The position numbers and the translations under genes were made by a program. Under the pieces are notes generated by a model. It worked only from the letters and a program-made list of their open reading frames with translations, made no database searches and had not been told where the DNA came from. This document shows positions 1 to 11,136 of a stretch of DNA of 25,906 bases, piece by piece (the stretch's first letter is position 1; every line of letters starts with the position of its first letter). This DNA is from Azolla caroliniana (taxonomy: Eukaryota > Plantae > Polypodiophyta), in contig JBHGNT010000433.1 in NCBI GenBank assembly GCA_043228905.1, positions 1 through 25,906 on the forward strand, written 5' to 3'.

Positions 1-440
1 AATCAAAAAATCAAGATTTTGAAACTCATGTCAAGAAACATGAAGAAATTACCAAATTTGAGGAGGGTGTTGAGAAGAGCGCATGAGTAAATTAAAATGT
101 TCATACCTAGCTCGTGTGATATCGGATATTTGTGTTCAAACATACGAATCGAAGCTAAAAACGCTACCTATGATATCGAATTAAAAAATCAAGATTTTGA
201 AACTCAGGTCGAGAGACATGAAGAAATTACCAAATTTGACAAGGGAGTTGAGAAGAGCGCGTGAGTAAATTAAAATGTTCATACCTGGCTCGTGTCATAT
301 CGGATTTCTGTGTTCAAACATGCGAATCGAAGCTAACAACGCTACCTATGATATGGAATTAAAAAATCAAGATTTTGAAACTCAGGTCGAGAGACATGAA
401 GAAATTGGCAAGTTAGAAGAGGGAGTTGAGAAGAGCGCGT
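1..440. repeat. Divergent left-flank monomers (one partial plus two full), outside the HOR block
   Basis: Monomers at 85 and 263 carry substitutions not seen in the HOR block (cctagctc, catacgaa, gctaaaaac, tttgacaag, gtgtcatatc). Confidence 0.8.
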
Positions 441-3115
441 GAGTAAATTAAAATGTTCATACCTGGCTCGTGTGATCCCGGATTTCTGTGTTCAAAGATG
501 TGAATCGAAGCTAACAACACTACCTATAATATGGAATTAAGAAATCGAGATTTTGATACTCAGGTCGAGAGACATGAAGAAATTACCAAATTTGAAGAGG
601 GAGTTGAGAAGAGCGCGTGAGTAAATTAAAATGCTCATACCTGGCTCGTGTGATATCGGATTTTTATGTTCAAACACGCGATTCGAAGCTAACAATGCCA
701 CCCATGAGATGGAATTAGAAAACGAAGATTTTGAAACTCAGGTCGAGAGACATGAAGAAATTACCAAATTTGAGGAGGGAGTTGAGAAGAGCGCGTGAGT
801 AAATTAAAATGTTCATACCTGGCTCGTGTGATCCCGGATTTTTGTGTTAAAACATCCGAATGGAAGCTAACAATGCTAGCTATGATATAGAATTAAAAAA
901 TCAAGATTTTGAAGCTCAGGTCAAGAGACATGAAGAAATTACCAAATTTGACGAGGGAGTTGAAAAGAGCGCGTGAGTAAATTAAAATGTTCATACCTGG
1001 CTCGTGTGATATCGGAATTTTAGTGTTCAAACATGCGAATCGAAGCTAACAACGCTGCCTATGATATGGAATTAAAAAATCAAGATTTTGAAACTCAGGT
1101 CGAGAGACATGAAGAAATTGGCAAGTTAGAAGAGGGAGTTGAGAAGAGCGCGTGAGTAAATTAAAATGTTCATACCTGGCTCGTGTGATCCCGGATTTCT
1201 GTGTTCAAAGATGCGAATCGAAGCTAACAACACTACCTATAATATGGAATTAAGAAATCGAGATTTTGAAACTCAGGTCGAGAGACATGAAGAAATTACC
1301 AAATTTGAAGAGGGAGTTGAGAAGAGCGCGTGAGTAAATTAAAATGCTCATACCTGGCTCGTGTGATCCCGGATTTTTGTGTTAAAACATCCGAATGGAA
1401 GCTAACAATGCTAGCTATGATATAGAATTAAAAAATCAAGATTTTGAAGCTCAGGTCAAGAGACATGAAGAAATTACCAAATTTGACGAGGGAGTTGAAA
1501 AGAGCGCGTGAGTAAATTAAAATGTTCATACCTGGCTCGTGTGATATCGGATTTTAGTGTTCAAAGATGCGAATCGAAGCTAATAACGCTACCTATAATA
1601 TGGAATTAAAAAATCAAGATTTTGAAACTCAGGTCGAGAGACATGAAGAAATTACCAAATTTGAGGAGGGAGTTGAGAAGAGCGCGTGAGTAAATTAAAA
1701 TGTTCATACCTGGCTCGTGTGATCCCGGATTTTTGTATTCAAAGATTCCCAATCGAAACTAATAACACTAGCTATGATATAGAATAAAAAAATCAAGATT
1801 TTGAAACTCAGTTCGAGAGACATGAAGAAATTACCAAATTTGACGAGGGAGTTGAGAAGAGCGCGTGAGTAAATTAAAATGTTCATACCTGGCTCGTGTG
1901 ATATCTGATTTCTATATTCAAACATGCGAATCGAAGCTAACAACGCTACCTATGATATAGAATTAAAAAATCAAGATTTTGAAACTCAGGTCGAGAGACA
2001 TGAAGAAATTACCAAATTTGAGGAGGGAGTTGAGAAGAGCACGTGAGTAAATTAAAATGTTCATACCTGGCTCGTGTGATATCGGATTTTAGTGTTCAAA
2101 GATGCGAATCGAAGCTAACAACACTAGCTATGATATAGAATCAAAAAATCAATATTTTGAAACTCAGGTCGAGGGACATGAAGAAATTACCAAATTTGAC
2201 GAGGGAGTTGAGAAGAGCGCATGAGTAAATTAAAATGTTCATACCTTGCTCGTGTGATCCCGGATTTATGTGTTCAAAGATGCGAATCGAAGCTAACAAC
2301 GTTACCTATAATATGGAATTAAGAAAATCGAGATTCTGAAACTCAGGTCGAGAGACATGAAGAAATTACCAAATTTGAAGAGGGAGTTGAGAAGAGCCCG
2401 TGAGTAAATAAAAATGCTCATACCTGGCTCGTGTGATATCGGATTTTTGTGTTCAAACATGCGATTCGAAGCTAACAACGCTACCTATGAGATGGAATTA
2501 AAAAACGAAGATTTTGAATCTCAGGTCGAGAGACATTAAGAAATTACCAAATTTGACGAGGGAGTTGAGAAGAGCGCGTGAGTAAATTAAAATGTTCATA
2601 CCTGGCTCGTGTGATCCCAAATTTTTGTGTTCAAAGATGCGAATCGAAGCTAACAACACTAGCTATGATATAGAATCAAAAAATCCAGATTTTGAAACTC
2701 AGGTCGACAGACATGAAGAAATTGGCAAGTTAGAAGAGGGATTTGAGAAGAGCCTGTGAGTAAATTAAAATGTTCATACCTGGCTCGTGTGATCCCGGAT
2801 TTTTGTGTTCAAAGATGCCAAATCGAAGTTAACAACACTGGCTATGAAGTAGAATAAAAAAATCAAGATTATAAAACTCAGTTCGAGAGACATTAAGAAA
2901 TTGGCAAGTTAGAAGAGGGAGTTGAGAAGAGCGCGTGAGTAAATTAAAATGTTCATACCTGGCTCGTGTGATCCCGGATTTTTGTATTCAAAGATTCCCA
3001 ATCGAAACTAATAACACTAGCTATGATATAGAATAAAAAAATCAAGATTTTGAAACTCAGTTCGAGAGACATGAAGAAATTGGCAAGTTAGAAGAGGGAG
3101 TTTAGAAGAGCGCGT
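441..3115. repeat. 15-monomer HOR copy 1 (2675 bp; types A B C D A' C' E F G H I J K L M)
   Basis: The same variant order recurs at 5076 and 11137. The ORF-track spacing 1704 to 4379 is 2675 bp. Confidence 0.92.
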
Positions 3116-5075
3116 GAGTAAATTAAAATGTTCATACCTGGCTCGTGTGATCCCGGATTTCTGTGTTCAAAGATGCGAATCGAAGCTAACAACACTACCT
3201 ATAATATGGAATTAAGAAATCGAGATTTTGATACTCAGGTCGAGAGACATGAAGAAATTACCAAATTTGAAGAGGGAGTTGAGAAGAGCGCGTGAGTAAA
3301 TTAAAATGCTCATACCTGGCTCGTGTGATATCGGATTTTTATGTTCAAACACGCGATTCGAAGCTAACAATGCCACCCATGAGATGGAATTAGAAAACGA
3401 AGATTTTGAAACTCAGGTCGAGAGACATGAAGAAATTACCAAATTTGAGGAGGGAGTTGAGAAGAGCGCGTGAGTAAATTAAAATGTTCATACCTGGCTC
3501 GTGTGATCCCGGATTTTTGTGTTAAAACATCCGAATGGAAGCTAACAATGCTAGCTATGATATAGAATTAAAAAATCAAGATTTTGAAGCTCAGGTCAAG
3601 AGACATGAAGAAATTACCAAATTTGACGAGGGAGTTGAAAAGAGCGCGTGAGTAAATTAAAATGTTCATACCTGGCTCGTGTGATATCGGAATTTTAGTG
3701 TTCAAACATGCGAATCGAAGCTAACAACGCTGCCTATGATATGGAATTAAAAAATCAAGATTTTGAAACTCAGGTCGAGAGACATGAAGAAATTGGCAAG
3801 TTAGAAGAGGGAGTTGAGAAGAGCGCGTGAGTAAATTAAAATGTTCATACCTGGCTCGTGTGATCCCTGATTTCTGTGTTCAAAGATGCGAATCGAAGCT
3901 AACAACACTACCTATAATATGGAATTAAGAAATCGAGATTTTGAAACTCAGGTCGAGAGACATGAAGAAATTACCAAATTTGAAGAGGGAGTTGAGAAGA
4001 GCGCGTGAGTAAATTAAAATGCTCATACCTGGCTCGTGTGATCCCGGATTTTTGTGTTAAAACATCCGAATGGAAGCTAACAATGCTAGCTATGATATAG
4101 AATTAAAAAATCAAGATTTTGAAGCTCAGGTCAAGAGACATGAAGAAATTACCAAATTTGACGAGGGAGTTGAAAAGAGCGCGTGAGTAAATTAAAATGT
4201 TCATACCTGGCTCGTGTGATATCGGATTTTAGTGTTCAAAGATGCGAATCGAAGCTAATAACGCTACCTATAATATGGAATTAAAAAATCAAGATTTTGA
4301 AACTCAGGTCGAGAGACATGAAGAAATTACCAAATTTGAGGAGGGAGTTGAGAAGAGCGCGTGAGTAAATTAAAATGTTCATACCTGGCTCGTGTGATCC
4401 CGGATTTTTGTATTCAAAGATTCCCAATCGAAACTAATAACACTAGCTATGATATAGAATAAAAAAATCAAGATTTTGAAACTCAGTTCGAGAGACATGA
4501 AGAAATTACCAAATTTGACGAGGGAGTTGAGAAGAGCGCGTGAGTAAATTAAAATGTTCATACCTGGCTCGTGTGATATCTGATTTCTATATTCAAACAT
4601 GCGAATCGAAGCTAACAACGCTACCTATGATATAGAATTAAAAAATCAAGATTTTGAAACTCAGGTCGAGAGACATGAAGAAATTACCAAATTTGAGGAG
4701 GGAGTTGAGAAGAGCACGTGAGTAAATTAAAATGTTCATACCTGGCTCGTGTGATATCGGATTTTAGTGTTCAAAGATGCGAATCGAAGCTAACAACACT
4801 AGCTATGATATAGAATCAAAAAATCAATATTTTGAAACTCAGGTCGAGGGACATGAAGAAATTACCAAATTTGACGAGGGAGTTGAGAAGAGCGCATGAG
4901 TAAATTAAAATGTTCATACCTGGCTCGTGTGATATCGGATTTTTGTGTTCAAAGATGCGAATCGAAGCAAACAATACTAGCTATGATATAGAATCAAAAA
5001 GTCAAGATTTTGAAACTCAGGTCGAGAGACATCAAGAAATTGGCAAGTTAGAAGAGGGAGTTGAGAAGAGCCCGT
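3116..5075. repeat. 11-monomer HOR variant (1960 bp; A B C D A' C' E F G H N)
   Basis: The first ten monomers match the 15-mer; I-M are replaced by monomer N (gaagcaaacaatac, aaaagtcaag, catcaag). ORF spacing 4379 to 6339 is 1960 bp. Confidence 0.92.
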
Positions 5076-7750
5076 GAGTAAATTAAAATGTTCATACCTG
5101 GCTCGTGTGATCCCGGATTTCTGTGTTCAAAGATGCGAATCGAAGCTAACAACACTACCTATAATATGGAATTAAGAAATCGAGATTTTGATACTCAGGT
5201 CGAGAGACATGAAGAAATTACCAAATTTGAAGAGGGAGTTGAGAAGAGCGCGTGAGTAAATTAAAATGCTCATACCTGGCTCGTGTGATATCGGATTTTT
5301 ATGTTCAAACACGCGATTCGAAGCTAACAATGCCACCCATGAGATGGAATTAGAAAACGAAGATTTTGAAACTCAGGTCGAGAGACATGAAGAAATTACC
5401 AAATTTGAGGAGGGAGTTGAGAAGAGCGCGTGAGTAAATTAAAATGTTCATACCTGGCTCGTGTGATCCCGGATTTTTGTGTTAAAACATCCGAATGGAT
5501 GCTAACAATGCTAGCTATGATATAGAATTAAAAAATCAAGATTTTGAAGCTCAGGTCAAGAGACATGAAGAAATTACCAAATTTGACGAGGGAGTTGAAA
5601 AGAGCGCGTGAGTAAATTAAAATGTTCATACCTGGCTCGTGTGATATCGGAATTTTAGTGTTCAAACATGCGAATCGAAGCTAACAACGCTGCCTATGAT
5701 ATGGAATTAAAAAATCAAGATTTTGAAACTCAGGTCGAGAGACATGAAGAAATTGGCAAGTTAGAAGAGGGAGTTGAGAAGAGCGCGTGAGTAAATTAAA
5801 ATGTTCATACCTGGCTCGTGTGATCCCGGATTTCTGTGTTCAAAGATGCGAATCGAAGCTAACAACACTACCTATAATATGGAATTAAGAAATCGAGATT
5901 TTGAAACTCAGGTCGAGAGACATGAAGAAATTACCAAATTTGAAGAGGGAGTTGAGAAGAGCGCGTGAGTAAATTAAAATGCTCATACCTGGCTCGTGTG
6001 ATCCCGGATTTTTGTGTTAAAACATCCGAATGGAAGCTAACAATGCTAGCTATGATATAGAATTAAAAAATCAAGATTTTGAAGCTCAGGTCAAGAGACA
6101 TGAAGAAATTACCAAATTTGACGAGGGAGTTGAAAAGAGCGCGTGAGTAAATTAAAATGTTCATACCTGGCTCGTGTGATATCGGATTTTAGTGTTCAAA
6201 GATGCGAATCGAAGCTAATAACGCTACCTATAATATGGAATTAAAAAATCAAGATTTTGAAACTCAGGTCGAGAGACATGAAGAAATTACCAAATTTGAG
6301 GAGGGAGTTGAGAAGAGCGCGTGAGTAAATTAAAATGTTCATACCTGGCTCGTGTGATCCCGGATTTTTGTATTCAAAGATTCCCAATCGAAACTAATAA
6401 CACTAGCTATGATATAGAATAAAAAAATCAAGATTTTGAAACTCAGTTCGAGAGACATGAAGAAATTACCAAATTTGACGAGGGAGTTGAGAAGAGCGCG
6501 TGAGTAAATTAAAATGTTCATACCTGGCTCGTGTGATATCTGATTTCTATATTCAAACATGCGAATCGAAGCTAACAACGCTACCTATGATATAGAATTA
6601 AAAAATCAAGATTTTGAAACTCAGGTCGAGAGACATGAAGAAATTACCAAATTTGAGGAGGGAGTTGAGAAGAGCACGTGAGTAAATTAAAATGTTCATA
6701 CCTGGCTCGTGTGATATCGGATTTTAGTGTTCAAAGATGCGAATCGAAGCTAACAACACTAGCTATGATATAGAATCAAAAAATCAATATTTTGAAACTC
6801 AGGTCGAGGGACATGAAGAAATTACCAAATTTGACGAGGGAGTTGAGAAGAGCGCATGAGTAAATTTAAATGTTCATACCTTGCTCGTGTGATCCCGGAT
6901 TTATGTGTTCAAAGATGCGAATCGAAGCTAACAACGTTACCTATAATATGGAATTAAGAAAATCGAGATTCTGAAACTCAGGTCGAGAGACATGAAGAAA
7001 TTACCAAATTTGAAGAGGGAGTTGAGAAGAGCCCGTGAGTAAATAAAAATGCTCATACCTGGCTCGTGTGATATCGGATTTTTGTGTTCAAACATGCGAT
7101 TCGAAGCTAACAACGCTACCTATGAGATGGAATTAAAAAACGAAGATTTTGAATCTCAGGTCGAGAGACATTAAGAAATTACCAAATTTGACGAGGGAGT
7201 TGAGAAGAGCGCGTGAGTAAATTAAAATGTTCATACCGGGCTCGTGTGATCCCAAATTTTTGTGTTCAAAGATGCGAATCGAAGCTAACAACACTAGCTA
7301 TGATATAGAATCAAAAAATCCAGATTTTGAAACTCAGGTCGACAGACATGAAGAAATTGGCAAGTTAGAAGAGGGATTTGAGAAGAGCCTGTGAGTAAAT
7401 TAAAATGTTCATACCTGGCTCGTGTGATCCCGGATTTTTGTGTTCAAAGATGCCAAATCGAAGTTAACAACACTGGCTATGAAGTAGAATAAAAAAATCA
7501 AGATTATAAAACTCAGTTCGAGAGACATTAAGAAATTGGCAAGTTAGAAGAGGGAGTTGAGAAGAGCGCGTGAGTAAATTAAAATGTTCATACCTGGCTC
7601 GTGTGATCCTGGATTTTTGTATTCAAAGATTCCCAATCGAAACTAATAACACTAGCTATGATATAGAATAAAAAAATCAAGATTTTGAAACTCAGTTCGA
7701 GAGACATGAAGAAATTGGCAAGTTAGAAGAGGGAGTTTAGAAGAGCGCGT
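5076..7750. repeat. 15-monomer HOR copy 2
   Basis: Same order as 441-3115, with single-base differences at 5500, 6867, 7238 and 7610. Confidence 0.92.
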
Positions 7751-9710
7751 GAGTAAATTAAAATGTTCATACCTGGCTCGTGTGATCCCGGATTTCTGTG
7801 TTCAAAGATGCGAATCGAAGCTAACAACACTACCTATAATATGGAATTAAGAAATCGAGATTTTGATACTCAGGTCGAGAGACATGAAGAAATTACCAAA
7901 TTTGAAGAGGGAGTTGAGAAGAGCGCGTGAGTAAATTAAAATGCTCATACCTGGCTCGTGTGATATCAGATTTTTATGTTCAAACACGCGATTCGAAGCT
8001 AACAATGCCACCCATGAGATGGAATTAGAAAACGAAGATTTTGAAACTCAGGTCGAGAGACATGAAGAAATTACCAAATTTGAGGAGGGAGTTGAGAAGA
8101 GCGCGTGAGTAAATTAAAATGTTCATACCTGGCTCGTGTGATCCCGGATTTTTGTGTTAAAACATCCGAATGGAAGCTAACAATGCTAGCTATGATATAG
8201 AATTAAAAAATCAAGATTTTGAAGCTCAGGTCAAGAGACATGAAGAAATTACCAAATTTGACGAGGGAGTTGAAAAGAGCGCGTGAGTAAATTAAAATGT
8301 TCATACCTGGCTCGTGTGATATCGGAATTTTAGTGTTCAAACATGCGAATCGAAGCTAACAACGCTGCCTATGATATGGAATTAAAAAATCAAGATTTTG
8401 AAACTCAGGTCGAGAGACATGAAGAAATTGGCAAGTTAGAAGAGGGAGTTGAGAAGAGCGCGTGAGTAAATTAAAATGTTCATACCTGGCTCGTGTGATC
8501 CCGGATTTCTGTGTTCAAAGATGCGAATCGAAGCTAACAACACTACCTATAATATGGAATTAAGAAATCGAGATTTTGAAACTCAGGTCGAGAGACATGA
8601 AGAAATTACCAAATTGGAAGAGGGAGTTGAGAAGAGCGCGTGAGTAAATTAAAATGCTCATACCTGGCTCGTGTGATCCCGGATTTTTGTGTTAAAACAT
8701 CCGAATGGAAGCTAACAATGCTAGCTATGATATAGAATTAAAAAATCAAGATTTTGAAGCTCAGGTCAAGAGACATGAAGAAATTACCAAATTTGACGAG
8801 GGAGTTGAAAAGAGCGCGTGAGTAAATTAAAATGTTCATACCTGGCTCGTGTGATATCGGATTTTAGTGTTCAAAGATGCGAATCGAAGCTAATAACGCT
8901 ACCTATAATATGGAATTAAAAAATCGAGATTTTGAAACTCAGGTCGAGAGACATGAAGAAATTACCAAATTTGAGGAGGGAGTTGAGAATAGCGGGTGAG
9001 TAAATTAAAATGTTCATACCTGGCTCGTGTGATCCCGGATTTTTGTATTCAAAGATTCCCAATCGAAACTAATAACACTAGCTATGATATAGAATAAAAA
9101 AATCAAGATTTTGAAACTCAGTTCGAGAGACATGAAGAAATTACCAAATTTGACGAGGGGGTTGAGAAGAGCGCGTGAGTAAATTAAAATGTTCATACCT
9201 GGCTCGTGTGATATCTGATTTCTATATTCAAACATGCGAATCGAAGCTAACAACGCTACCTATGATATAGAATTAAAAAATCAAGATTTTGAAACTCAGG
9301 TCGAGAGACATGAAGAAATTACCAAATTTGAGGAGGGAGTTGAGAAGAGCACGTGAGTAAATTAAAATGTTCATACCTGGCTCGTGTGATATCGGATTTT
9401 AGTGTTCAAAGATGCGAATCGAAGCTAACAACACTAGCTATGATATAGAATCAAAAAATCAATATTTTGAAACTCAGGTCGAGGGACATGAAGAAATTAC
9501 CAAATTTGACGAGGGAGTTGAGAAGAGCGCATGAGTAAATTAAAATGTTCATACCTGGCTCGTGTGATATCGGATTTTTGTGTTCAAAGATGCGAATCGA
9601 AGCAAACAATACTAGCTATGATATAGAATCAAAAAGTCAAGATTTTGAAACTCAGGTCGAGAGACATCAAGAAATTGGCAAGTTAGAAGAGGGAGTTGAG
9701 AAGAGCCCGT
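7751..9710. repeat. 11-monomer HOR variant 11* (A B C D A' C' E* F* G H N)
   Basis: As 3116-5075, but monomer E carries the 8-mer alleles (aaatcgag, gagaatagcgggt). Extra SNVs at 7968, 8616 and 9160. Confidence 0.9.
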
Positions 9711-11136
9711 GAGTAAATTAAAATGTTCATACCTGGCTCGTGTGATCCCGGATTTTTGTATTCAAAGATGCCCAATCGAAGCTAATAACACTAGCTATGA
9801 TATAGAATAAAAAAATCTAGATTTTGAAACTCAGTTCGAGAGACATGAAGAAATTGGCAAGTTAGAAGAGGGAGTTTAGAAGAGCGCATGAGTAAATTAA
9901 AATGTTCATACCTGGCTCGTGTGATATCGGATTTTTGTGTTCAAAGATGCGAATCGAAGCTAACAACACTAGCTATAATATAGAATGAAGAAATCGAGAT
10001 TCTAAAACTCAGGTCGAGAGACATGAAGAAATTGGCAAGTTAGAAGAGGGAGTTGAGAAGAGCGGGTGAGTAAATTAAAATGTTCATACCTGGCTCGTGT
10101 AATCCCGGATTTCTGTGTTAAAACATCCGAATGGAAGCTAACAATGCTAGCTATGATATAGAATTAAAAAATCAAGATTTTGAAGCTCAGGTCAAGAGAC
10201 ATGAAGAAATTACCAAATTTGACGAGGGAGTTGAAAAGAGCGCGTGAGTAAATTAAAATGTTCATACCTGGCTCGTGTGATATCGGATTTTAGTGTTCAA
10301 AGATGCGAATCGAAGCTAATAACGCTACCTATAATATGGAATTAAAAAATCGAGATTTTGAAACTCAGGTCGAGAGACATGAAGAAATTACCAAATTTGA
10401 GGAGGGAGTTGAGAATAGCGGGTGAGTAAATTAAAATGTTCATACCTGGCTCGTGTGATCCCGGATTTTTGTATTCAAAGATTCCCAATCGAAACTAATA
10501 ACACTAGCTATGATATAGAATAAAAAAATCAAGATTTTGAAACTCAGTTCGAGAGACATGAAGAAATTACCAAATTTGACGAGGGAGTTGAGAAGAGCGC
10601 GTGAGTAAATTAAAATGTTCATACCTGGCTCGTGTGATATCTGATTTCTATATTCAAACATGCGAATCGAAGCTAACAACGCTACCTATGATATAGAATT
10701 AAAAAATCAAGATTTTGAAACTCAGGTCGAGAGACATGAAGAAATTACCAAATTTGAGGAGGGAGTTGAGAAGAGCACGTGAGTAAATTAAAATGTTCAT
10801 ACCTGGCTCGTGTGATATCGGATTTTAGTGTTCAAAGATGCGAATCGAAGCTAACAACACTAGCTATGATATAGAATCAAAAAATCAATATTTTGAAACT
10901 CAGGTCGAGGGACATGAAGAAATTACCAAATTTGACGAGGGAGTTGAGAAGAGCGCATGAGTAAATTAAAATGTTCATACCTGGCTCGTGTGATATCGGA
11001 TTTTTGTGTTCAAAGATGCGAATCGAAGCAAACAATACTAGCTATGATATAGAATCAAAAAGTCAAGATTTTGAAACTCAGGTCGAGAGACATCAAGAAA
11101 TTGGCAAGTTAGAAGAGGGAGTTGAGAAGAGCCCGT
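9711..11136. repeat. 8-monomer HOR copy 1 (1426 bp; O P Q E* F G H N)
   Basis: New monomer types O (gatgcccaatcg, aatctag), P (gaatgaagaaatcgagattctaaaac) and Q (gtgtaatccc). ORF spacing 9014 to 10440 is 1426 bp. Confidence 0.92.

Noticed and set aside
261-290. GTGAGT splice-donor-like hexamer and ATACCTGGC resembling the U1 snRNA 5' end
   Set aside because: These are short matches only, with no continuation of U1 sequence or structure and no exon context; expected by chance.
401-420. GGCAAGTTA box as a micro-inversion of ACCAAATTT
   Set aside because: The reverse complement of AAATTACCAAATTT (AAATTTGGTAATTT) only loosely resembles AAATTGGCAAGTTA and needs a shift plus several substitutions.
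1510-1687. 10-bp phased A-tracts (intrinsic curvature) and G-quadruplex potential of GAGGAGGGAG
   Set aside because: A/T tracts are present, but I could not establish regular phasing by eye. There is only one GGG run per monomer, too few for a canonical G4.
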